From contig SMSO01000031.1 in the NCBI GenBank assembly GCA_004764695.1, positions 7,732,761 through 7,796,760 of the forward strand: a DNA stretch of 64,000 nucleotides. Direction: 5' to 3'. The translations under genes were made by a program, and so were the position numbers. This document shows positions 47,501 to 61,600 of this stretch, in pieces. Position 1 is the stretch's first letter; each line of letters begins with the position of its first letter. The notes beneath the pieces were generated by a model. It worked only from the letters and a program-made list of their open reading frames with translations, was not told where the DNA came from and searched no databases. Source of the stretch: Schizochytrium sp. TIO01 (taxonomy: Eukaryota > Protista > Bigyra: Labyrinthulomycetes).

Positions 47501-48330
47501 ATTGATGAGTTTCAATCAAGTCCAGCAGAGCTGTGTTTTCTCATTCCGGTGGATTTTGGCTCGGAGACAGAGCCGGAAAGAACGAGCTGCAAATAATTAA
47601 AGGTGATTGAAAAACTCGAGCAGGATCGTAGGTATGACTTGCTGGTTTTGCAAGGTGTCTCATCTAAGCGATCATAGGAGAAGTCTGATCAACTGAAGCT
47701 ATGGAAACATTGTTTCTGGTAACAAATTGAACTCAATCATATCAAATACCAGTACTTATCTTCACCGCGTCAAATGGTAAGTTAAAACGAATTTAGATTA
47801 TGTACCTACTGCTAATGCCGATGCTGGCCTCGCGCATAGATTGCTGCGGATTTAGCTTGCAGACGAGGGATGGGGCCTATATATTTTTATTGAGTAAGGC
47901 TAAACGTAAAGAAGGAAACGGAGTTTCTCTTTACTAAACATCCCTACATTTTAAATTATGCCAAACAATTGCACAGCTGACATAGGGTTCTAAAAGTTCT
48001 TAGCTCATACGGACTTTGTATGTTTTGGTTGGGCATGTTGGGTAGTTTCTATTTTATTTCAATGCAAAAGGTTCAATCTGATTTCAAAGTTATTTGGGAG
48101 TGAATTTGAAGGAAAAGGCCAGCAGGCCATGTGATCACCGAAGAAAGCTGTAGGATGAATGTACGAATGCATTTAAAACATAAAATCAAAGTAGCTATTA
48201 CTATCTCCCAGAGCCTAATCATCAACTTCTGCAAGACCGTGGGTTTACGATGAAGTCTATGAATATAGTTAGCATCGTACCCAAGGTGGAGATCTGACTT
48301 TGGAGGCATGCGAAGAAGCACGCGTAGGTT

Positions 48331-51300
48331 TTAACGTTTCAAGTAGGAGACGTAAATGTAGGCTAAAACTGTCAGGCAGCGAAAACCTACCGCAAACCCA
48401 ATGAGCGCTCCAAGACAGAACGTCCAATCATCCGCTTCATATCCAAAAGTGCTTTGGATGAAATCCCAAGCACGCGTAGTATCTCCGATTACGTACTTGC
48501 ATCCGGGTCCGTCTTCTTCACCGGTACAAGCGAGCTGGGAAACAACGAGACCGTTGAGGACATAACGAGTTGGGTTAATGCATGCAATCCAATACCAGAA
48601 CTTCGGAATCTTGTCCACAGCAATTGTCAAACCTGCGGAAATAGACCACATGCCAACACTGAGAGCACCCAAGACACTGGCGACCTGCTGATTAGGTGCC
48701 ACGGTAGCCAAGAAGTGGCCCCAAAATGTCATAGTCATCTGGAAGGCGAGATAAAGACCCCAGAAGAGAAAAAATGCACCAGGATCAATCCAGAGGTAAA
48801 CGATGAAATAGAACATAGGCACAAAGACGAACTGTTTATTCTCGGCCAAAGCAAAATCATGATATGCATGAAGAAAAGTTAGTTCCCGTAATCTTTTGTT
48901 TGACTCTCCTTGGCTCTCTACAAGAGAACGATAATTCACTTACACTGGCGGCAAAAAGATATGGCAATTCAGAGAGTGTAATCGCCAAAGCCATGGGAGC
49001 TACGGGGTAGTAAGCCGCAGCACGCTCACGGTAGAAGGGGGCACGCTCATCCATGATTGTTGGGATTGCAGTGTTCAGGCCGATGACACCCATGAAAATG
49101 GTAGCCATGTAAATGAGACCTACAAAACTCTGCGCATCTTGGGTGCTCGACATATCCTCACCCCTACGAGAGAAAACATACACATCATTTTGCAATATTG
49201 TGAAAGTTAGTATTCAACACACATATATACATTCATCAGAAAGAAAATTACCGCGAGCCTCTCGCTCGCGATCGAACACCCTATTTTCACAACTGTTGTG
49301 CGAGGAACAACACGTTCTCCATATACAATTCAAATTAAGACAGGTAACTTACTTCTTGTAAAAGGTGAAACCAAAGAAGAGAGCGATAAAGACAGCAATA
49401 ATGAAACGCGTTGCATTATATGCGGGGTTGCGCCAGTAGGCACGGAACCAACGCAACGATAACTGACTGAACTGGGTCTTAAAATCGCTGGCAAATTTAT
49501 CCTCAAAAACAATCTCTGGACGCTCCTCAAGGTTCTTTGCAATTAGTGCCTCGATTTTCGCCTCGTTGTAGATACGCTTCTCGCTAGTGTTGTACTCGTG
49601 AGCATAATCCACAACAGACTCCACTCCGGCACCAGCTCCAATTGCCTCCAGCATGTAATTTGCGGGGTTATAGCGTGCATTCGGCATTGGTGCAGTTCCA
49701 GGAATATTTTGCAGATACTCGAGCAAACTTTGCGACTTATCACCAAGTTCTCCAAAGTAAACCATTTCGCCACCGCGTCGTAAAAGCAGCAAGTGATCAA
49801 ACTTAAAGAAGATGTCTTTGGAAGGTTGATGAATCGTACAAACAACAGTGCGTCCAGCACGTGCAATTCGCTCCAAACCATCCATAACAACTCGGGCAGA
49901 GTTAGCATCAAGGCCAGAAGTAGGCTCATCCGCGAAGACAATCGCAGGGTTTGCAGCAAGCTCTACACCGATAGTAAGGCGCTTGGCCTGTTCTGTGCTA
50001 AGACCTCCACTGGACTTAAAGCCAATAGTGAACGCACGGATGGGTTCTAATGCCAAGGTCGAGATGACACTTTCGACAAATGCAAGCTTTTCTTCTGTTG
50101 ATACGGTCTTTGGCTGGCGGAGCATTGCAGAAAAGATCAAGGCCTCCTCAACTGTTGCCGTGGGGCTATGGATATCATTTTGCTCTACATACCCGATTAC
50201 ACGGGAAAAAGATGTTGCCTCCTGCGGGCGACCATTTACAAGCACTTCACCTTTGATTTCACCGCTGGTTTTGCGCAACGCAAGAACATCCATCAAAGTA
50301 GATTTTCCAGCACCACTGCTTCCCATTAGAGCCGTCAAAGTGCCCGCCTTCGCGTATCCAGAGATGCCTTTGAGAAGATCCAGGCTAAATTGGCCCTTCG
50401 GATCAGTTGGGCTCTGTACAGAATACCACAGGTTACGGAAAATCAAATCTACAGGCGTGAAGCCAACAGTACTGAGTTCCTTTGCCGACGAAGCCATGTT
50501 AAGTGCAGATACTGGTAGACCCTCCTCAAGTTGGGATGTGCCAAGCTTTGTGGCTCGGATGGCTTCAACCTCGTGCAAGTTTGTAGAAGACCGTTGTTTC
50601 ATTACCTTCTCTACTTCTGCGACATCGGGATTACCGCTATCCTCGGCATCAGGATTCGATTTGGTCTGTCTAGCGCCTGCGACGTGACGGATGTACCTGT
50701 AAGCAAAAAAACTTGCTATAATATCTACAAGCATATATCCCAGAAGCAAGACGTATCCACCCCATAGGTAGCTCTCATTGTCAGAAAAGCTGAACAAGTC
50801 AAGAGCAAACTCTTGCTGGGCACTGGTGAAAGCAATAGACTTGAAGACGATCAAAACCGCAGACCGGTAGCCCCATGCGATTGGCGATAGATAGTAAATC
50901 CACTCGAACCAGACGGGCATGGCATCTTGAGTGATGATGAAGCCGCTGTACAGCACTGTTGCTGCAATTGAGATGCCAGCTACAACTTGACCGATAGAAG
51001 CAGAAGGCGCAGCAGCTGCAACAGCGCGGAGGTACGCACTAAAGGAGAGATTCATGACGATCATCATTGATAGGAACATCATGAAGCGTCTTCCACAGTC
51101 CGACTCGCCAGTAGTACTATGGCTTGCCGTGGGCACAATCCCTGTAATCCAAAAGACGAGAGTACCAAGAATGACGGACTCCAGGATACATGTAGGAGTA
51201 GTCGCAATCGTTTCACTGATGACATAGTTAATGGTACGGTAAAAGTAACTACCACTCTGCTTGTAGTAAACAGGACGGTACATCAGCACAAGTGGGACCT

Positions 51301-53242
51301 GTGACATTCCGCCGAGGGCAGCTTGCATCATTGTCGAAAACATGACACCATACCGCTGAGTAATACGAGAGATTTGAGATGCATTGTACGATTCTGGCAG
51401 ATCAGGGTCGATGTTGATGAAGATAGTGCCAATGAAGATGCCCATGAAGGTTGACATGATCACACGAGCCATAACAAAGGCAGGGTCACGAAAGAGAAGT
51501 TGCATATGCCGCTTTAGCACAAACTTGAGCTCCTCGAAACATGAGTTAACATAGATGGGGGCACTTTTATCGTAGCGGGCCTTACGAAGCGCACTATCAA
51601 TCTTGTTTTCAGGATTGCAGTGGTGCTCAATCGAAACGCGTTTTGCTTCTGAGAACGAAGATGCTTGCCAAGCCTTTGCCATGGCCTCTTCTGAATCGGG
51701 TGCATCGGGGCGCGTTTGATACTTGGTGCGTGCAGGTGTAGTGACCTCCTGAATGAAGTCTGCGATATCACGATCAAAGGGGCAGTCAAAGCCAATGCTC
51801 GAAAAGTAAGGCAAGACGTTTTCACGCGGTCCATGGTAGACAGTGTAGCCGAGTGCCATGATTAGGATCTCATCGAACAGATCGTAGACCTCGGGAGGTG
51901 GCTGCAACAGAGCAACGACCGGGGTCAGATCAAGATTTCTTGCAATAGCAGTGATGCGTCGGCAGATGTCAAAAGTTGCTGCACTGTCGAGACCAGTTGA
52001 GATCTGGTCATAGAATGCCAGAGGGCGACGTGACATAATCATCTCTGCGGAGGTGACACGACGCCGTTCACCTCCGGACACGCCTCGAAGCATCTCGTTT
52101 CCAACAATAGTGTTAGCAGCTCGTGTGAGACCCAGATTTTGAATAACAAAATCAGGATATTTGTCAAGATACTCCTGGAGCTTCTTGAGTTCCTCCGATG
52201 TCTCATTGGAACTATTTACTCCACTGAACTCAAAGGTTTTCATGCCTTCCTGAGCTCCTCCGAAACATTCGTACGCGAAGGCGAGGGTCTCACGAACTGT
52301 CAAGACAGCGGTATGGATATCCATTTGATCCACGTAAGTAGAGAGCTTTCTAACATGTAGTTCTGCTGGTTTGAATCCCGAAAAGTAAACTTCTCCAGAT
52401 TGTTTGAAGTTTCCATGAACTTTTGCCCGGCCGCTCAAAACCTTGAAAAGCGTTGTTACACCACAACCAGGGGGGCCAAGAACGAGCGTGGGTTTGCCAG
52501 CTTCGAAGGTGCCAGACACCTTACGCAGGATTGGTAAATCCATACGCTCCGTCCGTTTGCAGGAAATTAGATGCAGAAGCGGTCTAACAAGTTTGTAAAG
52601 CGTCGAGGCAACGTTTGGAATACCAACATCTGCAGTCGGAACGTTGACTTCGTAAGTAAGATCACGAAAGCCCACATGGATGGGCCAGTTAGCATCTCCG
52701 CGCACCTTTTGGACAATCGTAGAAAGCTGAATGCCAGTAAGCTCACGGCTTAGCTGTCCAATCGAAGAAGCGAGCACCGAAGGAGCTCGGATAAGACCTG
52801 CCCCGAAAAGCCTTCCTAAAAGAGCGATTTCATCCTGTTTAAGTACCACAGCTACATCAGGGCTTTCGACGCCCTCATGCTGTTGGGAAGCAACTTGATT
52901 CTGCAGACGTCCGAGGAAACTACGAATCAGGGCAATGTCCTCGGGGCTAGCACGATGTGTCATACCACCCGGCTGGGAGGCACTGCTGGAAACCCTGTTC
53001 TGCATGTGGGCTTCAGAATCCACACAAATGCTTTCCACTTTCACAGTGGGGGGTACAGCAATGTGAGATGGCCCAACTTCGGCAGCCTGTTCAATGTCAA
53101 CCTGGTTCTCATCATCAGAGTCAATAGTGTGGACTGACCCTTGATCTTGTGCAGGGCTTTCTTTTGCCTCATTCAGGTTGTCCCCGCGGCCGCTCGAGTT
53201 CGACGCGCCGGACTTCGGCTCCTTGTTATTGTCACCCAGCAT
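48331..53242 (-). CDS. Full-size PDR-type ABCG transporter, copy 3; 3 exons 53242-49353, 49163-48944, 48831-48331; 1536 aa
   Basis: Same PDR motifs. Introns 49352-49164 (GTAAGT..TACTAAC..TAG, phase 2) and 48943-48832 (GTAAGT..AACTAAC..CAG, phase 0). The spliced product is collinear with copy 1 and ends YLKR*. Confidence 0.92.
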
Positions 53243-54912
53243 TATCTCAGACTCTTGATGTCTGTGCCAAGTCTGGCAGAGGACTTCAAGGTCAGACGAG
53301 GGGTAGTGTAGTTCGAGGTCTGCTGGCCAATCTCAAGCCTCAGGAGCAATGTTCGCCCAAACTTCCTACTCCCAGAACTACGCGTAAGCCAAAGCTTAGA
53401 TTCAACTACGCTGTGATCTCCACGATTCTTGACCAACTATGATGGAGGGAGTGGGTCTTTTGGCCCTCCGTTACTCTAGTACAGTGGTTCTAGAGAAGCG
53501 CCCGCACTTTGAGAGGGAGAGTACTGTTACGATTGGCCTGGAGCCCTCGTGGAGTGCAGGCACACCTTCTCGCCTCTGGGCTCGAAAACCGTCGCGGCTC
53601 AGGAGCTCGGGGCAACCTTTTAGGGAGTTTGCCCAGGGGTTTTGTCTAAAACCTCGCCTTTCGAGGTTTGCTTTGAGCAAGTTCCTAGCTAGCTAGGTAC
53701 CTACTTACAAATGAAGAGTCTTTGCAGGTGTTTGTTTGCCTGCGCTAGACTACTCCACCTACCGCCCAGCAGCTGAGGCACGTCAGTCTGGCTGATCTAT
53801 TCAGGTGTTGCTCAGAATGAATCTATCAATCGTCAATCGCCAAGCTTGCAAGCTGGGCGTACCGGTAGAATGGGGATGGTCAAAGTCTGAACAAGGAGTG
53901 ATCTCTCTGCACAAAGCTCTGCGTGTCACTCAGGTTTTGGGTTTACCAGGTTTTAGCCCAGCTGTGAGCTTGCTTGTTTGTTTGCCGAGTGCTCGATTGT
54001 CCTGGGATCGGTGGACCGAGTACTTGATTGGTCTGATTGATTGCTTGATTCTTTGCTTGCTTGCTTGTTGGTTCTATTGGTTGGTTGGTTGGTTGTTTGG
54101 GCGAATTTCGAGCTTCTTCTCTTCGCAAGCACTTGTTGAAACGGAAGAACTGACTTCTCAGATGATTACAAAAATCATTGCGAAACAGTCCTCCAGACGT
54201 AAGAAAGTACAGTGGAACTGGGTGGCCAGAAGCCTCGAGAACACGTTATACAGCGAGCGAGCAAACTAGCTAGCTAGCGAGCTCGTAGACAAGGCAGTCG
54301 TCGCGTCTGAATCTAAAGACCCTCGTCAGATCAAGATCCTCATCGACGATCTTAAGCTGTAGAACTTGCTTCGAATTTGTTGATTCTGGGCCCACTATGT
54401 ACCACCCCATTAGCCTTTTCCCTGCGAAGCCTCTAATACTCAAAAGGCTCGAGTAACGAGCAAAAACTTCTTTACAGAGAAAAATAAAATAAAAAGAAAA
54501 CAACTTGAAAGATGAAAATAGAAAGTGAAGAAGACGGATAATAATACTATTTTTAATTGCTATTTTTCTCAAAGGGCTGAAGAAAAGAGCAAAACTTCGC
54601 TCAATCCAAGTTCTTTGGGCGCAGAAAAGCGCTCAAAACCTCGTGGGAGGCGGCCCCTTGCAGGCGATCCGCACGTTTAATTGGGCGGAAGGCCGGCTTA
54701 GTCTTCGAAGAGTCGAGTCGTCCATCCGGCAAGAACGGTGACCGAAACTGAGTGAGGGTTGCCAAAGCGAAAGGCGCGCAATGTCAAGAAAAGCCTGAGG
54801 TGAAAGCCTGAAATGGAACTTCGAAAGAATGAAAGATCGAAAGTCTTTGAGAGCTTGAAAACTGCTTTTAAGAAAGAAAGAAACAGAGAAAGAAAGGAAC
54901 AAGCAGAGAGAA

Positions 54913-55033
<121 letters not shown>

Positions 55034-55873
55034 AAAAACTGATTTAAAAAATAAAATTAAAATAAAATAAAAATTAAATTAAAATAAAATAAAAAATAAA
55101 AGAGTTCCCTCGAAAGCAGCACTGCAATACAGAAAAGAAGCATGCGAGCAAACAGACCATTGCCAAAGGAATCGAGCGCGGTGGCGAGGTATGACACGCA
55201 GGGCTCCACCGATCTCCGTCGTCTCCAATTTATAAGCTTCAGCCAATCGTCCAGCTGTGCAATGTCCATTGCGTCCACCAGGATCTCCCTCCCTCCATTG
55301 GGTTCTAAGAACTCAACGAGTCCTCTTAACTCGTTATTGAGGGGACAGCGCGGTCCTTCTCCAAACTGAGAGACCATAATACAGCAGTAAGCACTCTTAG
55401 TGCCCATCTAGCAGTCTGCCTAGCGGTTATTAAACGGCATGAATTCTCGATTCTCGCATGCCCGCAATGCGGTGATCGACGCATTGGTTTGGCGCAGGGA
55501 CCTTCAGCCTCTGCGGTATTCCGCAGGACCTTCACCCCAGTCTCTCTGGTATCCTGCTGCGATTTTGCCTTTGGTTTGCGATCGATCGATCGATCGATCG
55601 ATCTGTTGATTGATGGAATGATGATGCGCGAGGATCGGCTGTTCCACCGTTCTGTTCCATGGCTTGGGCAGAAAGAAGAACACGAAAGGGCCTGGAAGCT
55701 GCGCGCTTCCAAGAAGGCCTTTAAACGAAAGTAAAAGTCTCGCGCACACGTAAAGTGCCTTCAATGGACGGGCGTGGACACTGCAAAAACTTTAGTTGGT
55801 ACCTTTTCGGGCGCGAGCTGGGGGGTGCCTTGGGCTTCTTACGAAAGGGCGGTCTTGTTTCAAGTTTCTGCCA

Positions 55874-55924
55874 ATCAATCAATCGATCCATTGATATCAA
55901 TCAATCAATCAATCAATCAATCAA
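55874..55924. repeat. Imperfect (ATCA)n microsatellite
   Basis: Direct read. Confidence 0.8.
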
Positions 55925-57731
55925 TTCACGAACTCACCAATCGATTGACCTCTTTCTTGAGAATGGATTTATCGCAGGTTCTACTTTCGGTTGCACATGG
56001 TCTGCTTGTCTGTTTGTTTGGCTTTTAATCTGTGCTTTTAGCAGTTTTATGTCCTCTAAGGACTTACTCATTTACTCTCACAAAGGCACGAGAGAAACAG
56101 AGAAGAGAAAGACAGAGAAAGAAAACAACAACAACAATAACAACAACAATAACAATAACAAAAAATAAAAATAAAAATAAAAATAAATAAATAAATTAGA
56201 AAAGATCCATCGATGAAGAAGGAAAGAAAGCAGCATCAATCAGTGCGTGCGAAGCATCGTGGCGCCGGCTCCGTGGAAAGCTTGCTCGCTGCAGCACCGC
56301 TTCGAAGGCTCCGTGGACAGACGCAGACGCCTCCAAAGGTTCTAGCCAGTACCAAGCTCGCTTCCCGCGATGGTGATGATCACACCGGCAAACGCATCGA
56401 AGAACCGAGTTTAGGGCTCTCTCTCTGTCTCTATCCATGGACAAAGACCAGCCTGGAGAAAAGAACGATAAAGAACAAAGGGGCGCAATGAGGGCGGGAA
56501 AAGAACACTGGCTTGGCGGGTTGGCGATGCGTGAGAAGATAAGGAGAACTGGGAAATGGGAAAGAAAGGAAGAACTGATGGAGGTGGAGGGAAAGGTTCA
56601 TGACAAGTTGAGGGGCGACTTGGGCGGTGTCAGGATACTTGCTTCGAGAGTTGGGACTTTGGCACGGCAAGGAGCACCTGGTGCGAGACGAAGAGCACGC
56701 TCGCGCCAGTTCGTGGAAGAGGTCGAGGTCGAGGTCGAGATGATGCCGAGATGATGCCGAGCTTAGCTCATGCCAAGACCCCGGGGTTCTTTCTGGGCTC
56801 GAACTCGCGGCATGCGCAGGCAACCAACTACTTCAGGTCCAGTTGACGCTGCTGCGTTGAGGATTGATGTGCTCCGTCGCGGAACTCAGGCTCCAAGGAG
56901 AGCAAACCCGAAACTAGAGCTCTTCTGGTCTGCGGCTGATGAGGAGGATGAGGAGGAGGAGGAGGACACGGATGCAGAGGTTGGCGCGGAAGACCAAGGC
57001 CCCGAAGGCCGGGTCCCTCGTCAGAGATTCATTCGCTCTCAGGGCGAAGAGGAACCTGGAGCAGCGGCAAGTGAGGAACGAGGCTTGCGCAAGAAAGCTT
57101 TGGAAGTCCCCGCCTTGGTGATCTTGGGTACTTAGCTTCTCGGACGATTCTCGAGCACCTGCGAGTGATCTCAGCCCTCGCCGACGAGGATGAGCGCAGC
57201 CAAGGCCCACCTACAAACCAGCGTGGCTCGAGGGAGCTCGCATCTCCAGCGGGCGCCTGTTTGGCTGCGTGCTGCGTCTTGTTTCTGAGAGCGAGCTAGG
57301 CGGCCATCCTGCCTGTCTGAAAGGCGGCCTGCAGCGAAATGCCAAGTCTCGACAGTCGAGACCTTCGTCGCGAGTAGAAAGAAGCGAGGCAAAAGAGTGT
57401 AGCTTTGGTTTGTGCCCTGGTCACTCGCGCGTTTGCTCGATCTTCTCGAGCGAACTGCTGGTTGGTCTGCGAGCGAGTGATCGTGCATTCTATATGATGG
57501 TAATTGACTAGTCCACGATCTGGAGGTACCTGACCTGCACAAAAGCTGGTGGGAACCCCAAGCACGCGAGGCAGGACTTTCTTGGCTTCTTCAAGATAGT
57601 TAGTTAGTTAGTTAGTTGGCTTGCTTGCTTGCTTGGTTGGAACCGGGGGCGTTTGAAGGCTTTGCTTCGAGTTTGCTTGCGGTGAGCTGGCTGGTCAGTG
57701 AAATTGCTCTGTGCAATGTATGAATATATTA

Positions 57732-57796
57732 ATGAATGAATGAATGAATGAATATATTATTAATTGAATGAATGAATGAATAATGAATAAATAAAT
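57732..57796. repeat. (GAAT)n microsatellite cluster, with neighbouring (TTAG)n/(GCTT)n at ~57597-57635 and (TAGG)n at ~57896-57920
   Basis: Direct read. Confidence 0.8.
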
Positions 57797-58624
57797 GGGT
57801 TGAAGAGATCACTTGTGACAAAACTTGCGCCTGGATGTCCTACGTACCAAGGTACCTCCTAAAGCCAACGAGTGAGTGGCCAGTGAATGAGCCTGTAGGT
57901 AGGTAGGTAGGTAGGTAGGTGTGCTAAGCGGTAACCCACTTGAGAATATGGCTTCGAAGGGAACTCGGGTTCAGTGCTTCGAAAGGCTGGTTTAGCTGCA
58001 AAGAATTAGGTTGCCGGAGGTGGGCAAGGCTCTGAGCAGCAGGAGATAGGGATACCTAGGCCCATCGCATAGGCGACGAGCACAGAAGATGAGGAGGTAG
58101 TTCGAATGCTTAGTATTTCGTACCTACACCTGTGAAAGGTCTCGGGAACCTGATGTCAACAGAACGAAAGAGGAACCCAAGTGAAAGCTGTGATGAAACA
58201 CTCTCGCGGAGGCCCCGCTTTATCCAGAGTTTTTGACTGCTTTGTTTTTGCTTAAGTAAGCTAGGTAGCAGTGGTAGGAAACTTAAGGTTCGTGGAATTG
58301 CGAGCAGAGGTGAGTGAGTGTTGGATCAAATGCTCGAGCTTCTAAAGATCTAAAAAACCAAACAAAATCAAACGAGCCTGATAAGAAAAGCGACAACCCT
58401 GCCTGCCACTGAGGTGGGATGGGATGCTGCAACCGTTGCGTCCATATCGAGATTTCGAGTAATTGTGAACAATTAGAAATGCAAGAACGTGTGTATAGCA
58501 TAAAGATGGTGTGAAATCTGAAATCGGGCAGTTATGTATTTTAGTTTTACTCTTTTTATTTTATTGCATTCGAAACACTCAAAGCAAGAGAACTCTGAGA
58601 AGCCAGGGTCAAAAAACCATTGAA

Positions 58625-61600
58625 TTAGCGCTTCAGATAAGATACGAAGGTATAGGCAATGATGCTGAGGATACGAAAGCCAACGCAGAATCCTGCAAGA
58701 GAACCAAAACAGTACTTCCAGTCGTCTGCTTCGAAACCGAAGTTGCTCTGTACGTATTTCCAGGCCGTAATTCCATCGGACACCTCAATGCATCCGGGAG
58801 AATTAGACCCGCTGTCAGGATCATCACAGGCAAGTTGAATGACCACCAGGGCATTAAACATGTAACGAAGCGGGTTGATACAACTGAGCCAGTACCAGAA
58901 GCCAGGAATATCACGCACAGCAATCACAAGACCGGCAGTCTGCACCCAAAGACCAAAGGAAAGTGCTCCCAAGATACCAGCAACTTGCTGGTTAGGTGCG
59001 ATGCTACCAAGAAAGTGTCCCCAAAATGTCATGGTCAACATGAAGGTGACGTAGACACCAAACCACAGGAAGAATACACCAGCGTCAATCCAGAAGTGAA
59101 CGAGGAAGTAGAAGATCGGCACATAGACCATCGAGGCCATGATTACATACGGAGCTTCAACAGAAGTGATGGAAATAATCATTGGGGCCACACTGTAATA
59201 AGAAGCAGCACGCTCACGGTAGAACGGGGTCCGCTCATCCATCACAACAGGGATGGCTGTGTTGAGAGAAATAACACTGAGGAAGGAAGCCGAGATGAAA
59301 GTGAGACCGCAGAAACTCTGCACGTCTTGCGTACTTTGAAGATCCGAAGCATTTTGAAGAAAGGAAAGGCCAAAAAAGAGAGCAATGAAAATGGCCACGC
59401 CGAAGCGAGTCGTGTTGTAACCCGGGTTCCGCCAGTAAGCCTTGGTCCAGCGCTTAAAGAGGAGCTCTTGCTGCTCAAAGAAGGTGCTAGCATAGGCATG
59501 CTCGAAGTGAATTTCGGGGCGATTCTCGGTATTGCTCTTGATAAGCTTGTCCATCTTTGCGTCGTTTGCAGCACGGAGTTTGCTCTCGCGGTATTCGTTG
59601 GCGTAATCCACAAGGGATTCCTCGCCAGCGCCAGCACCGATTGCCTCAAGCATATAGGTAGCCGGGTTGTAGCGTGGGTTGGGCATGCTCGGTGTGCCAG
59701 GAATTGCTTCAAGATATGCAAGCAAATGTTTTGCCTTTTCACCGAGATCACCAAAGAAGACGGTCTCACCACCACGCTTTAACAGAAGAAGACGATCGAA
59801 CTTAAGAAAGATATCTTTAGACGGCTGGTGAATGGTACAAATGACAGTGCGTCCCGCACGGGCAATGCGCTCAAGGCCAACCATCACAATGCGCGCAGAA
59901 TTGGCATCCAAACCAGAAGTAGGCTCATCAGCAAAGATAATAGCAGGGTTCGCGGAAAGTTCGACACCAATTGTCACACGCTTGACTTGCTCAGTTGTAA
60001 GACCACCCGACATTTTCGAGCCAATCATGAAGTTGCGAATGTTGCCTAGGTTCAATGTGTCAATTACACCCTCAACAAACTGCTCCTTCTCGTGGCGTGG
60101 CACGTCAGCAGCCTGACGCAGAATTGCGGAGAACAGGAATGCCTCTTCTACTGTAGCAGAAGGACTGTGAATATCATTTTGCTCGACGTAACCAACAATT
60201 CGAGAAAAGGTAGTCTTGTCTTGCTTACGTCCATTGATGAGCACTTCACCAGTGATCTTACCACTAGTTTTACGAAGAGCCAAGACATCGAGAAGAGTGG
60301 TTTTACCAGCTCCAGAACTGCCCATAAGAGCAGTGAGGGTACCAGCTTCAGCATATCCAGAAATGCCCTTGAGCAAGTCAAGAGAGAATTTACCCTTCTT
60401 GTCATCAGGGCCTTGGACAGAATACCAAAGATCACGGAAGACCATGTCACATGGAGTAAAGTTCTCATTCTGAAGCGAGGTGGCCATGCGAAGCTGAATC
60501 TCACTGGTGGGCACTTGGCTTGAGTATGCTGCTGACAGATGCTTGGAGCTACCAGATTGCGGGCTCTGAATGCTACTCTGGGCACGAGGTTGATCGATAC
60601 GAGAACTGCGTTCGTTGATAATACGCTCAATTTCCTCGACTTCGGGATTTTCACTTGGTGCACCTTGACGACCACCGCCCGAGTCGTAACGAACATTCGT
60701 GTAGCCAATATAACTGAGAGTAAGATTTACGAACAAGTAAGCAATGAGCATCAGAACACCGGCCCAGATGTACTGTGTGTTAGATGGGAATGCGAAGAGA
60801 TCGAGAGCAAATTGTTGTTGCTCAGCAGTAAACGCCTTGGAAGTGAACACCGTAAGCACAGCAGAGCGGTAACCCCACGCAATCGGTGACAGCCAATAAA
60901 TCCAGATGAACCATGGCGGCATAGTGCTTTGGGTGAGAATGAATCCACTGAAGACAACTGAAGCAGCAATTGAAATACCGGAAATGACCTGACCGATTCC
61001 AGGCGTGGGTACATACGTAGCAATGGCACGCAGGTAGGCAGCAAATGAAAGGTTCAAGGCAATCATAATGCAAATGAAAATCATGAAACGTCCACCAACA
61101 TCATTTTCACCCGTAGGGGCATTCTCGTTCCACGGGACTATCGCAGTGATCCAGAAAATCAACGAGGCCATCAGAATAGACTCTACGATTGCTACAGGAA
61201 TAGTAGAAATCAACTCAGCTAGAACGTAGTTGATGGTGCGGAAAAAGTAAGCATTGCTTTGTTTGTAGAAAACCGGACGTTGTCCAAGTACTACAGGTAC
61301 TTGAGCCATACCAGCAAGAGCACACTGCATGAGCGTTGCAAAAATTACACCATAACGCTGAGTAATGGGAGTGTAGTCAGATGTATTGGAATTAGCGGTG
61401 GGCAAGTCCGGTTCGAGTTTGATGAAAACAGTGCCAATGACGACACCCATGATAACGGATTGCATGATTCGTGCGCGGATGAAGCTCGGGTCACGCAGTA
61501 CAAGCTGTCTCTGGCGGTTAAAGACAAGCTTGAAATCTTCAAAACATGAGTTAGCGTAACGGGGCTTATCTTTCGCATAGAGTTCACGGCGCGCAACGGC

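Noticed and set aside
38747-53242. Copies 2 and 3 as truncated or frameshifted pseudogenes (1297-aa ORFs ending early)
   Set aside because: Canonical GT-AG introns with branch points restore full-length in-frame proteins.
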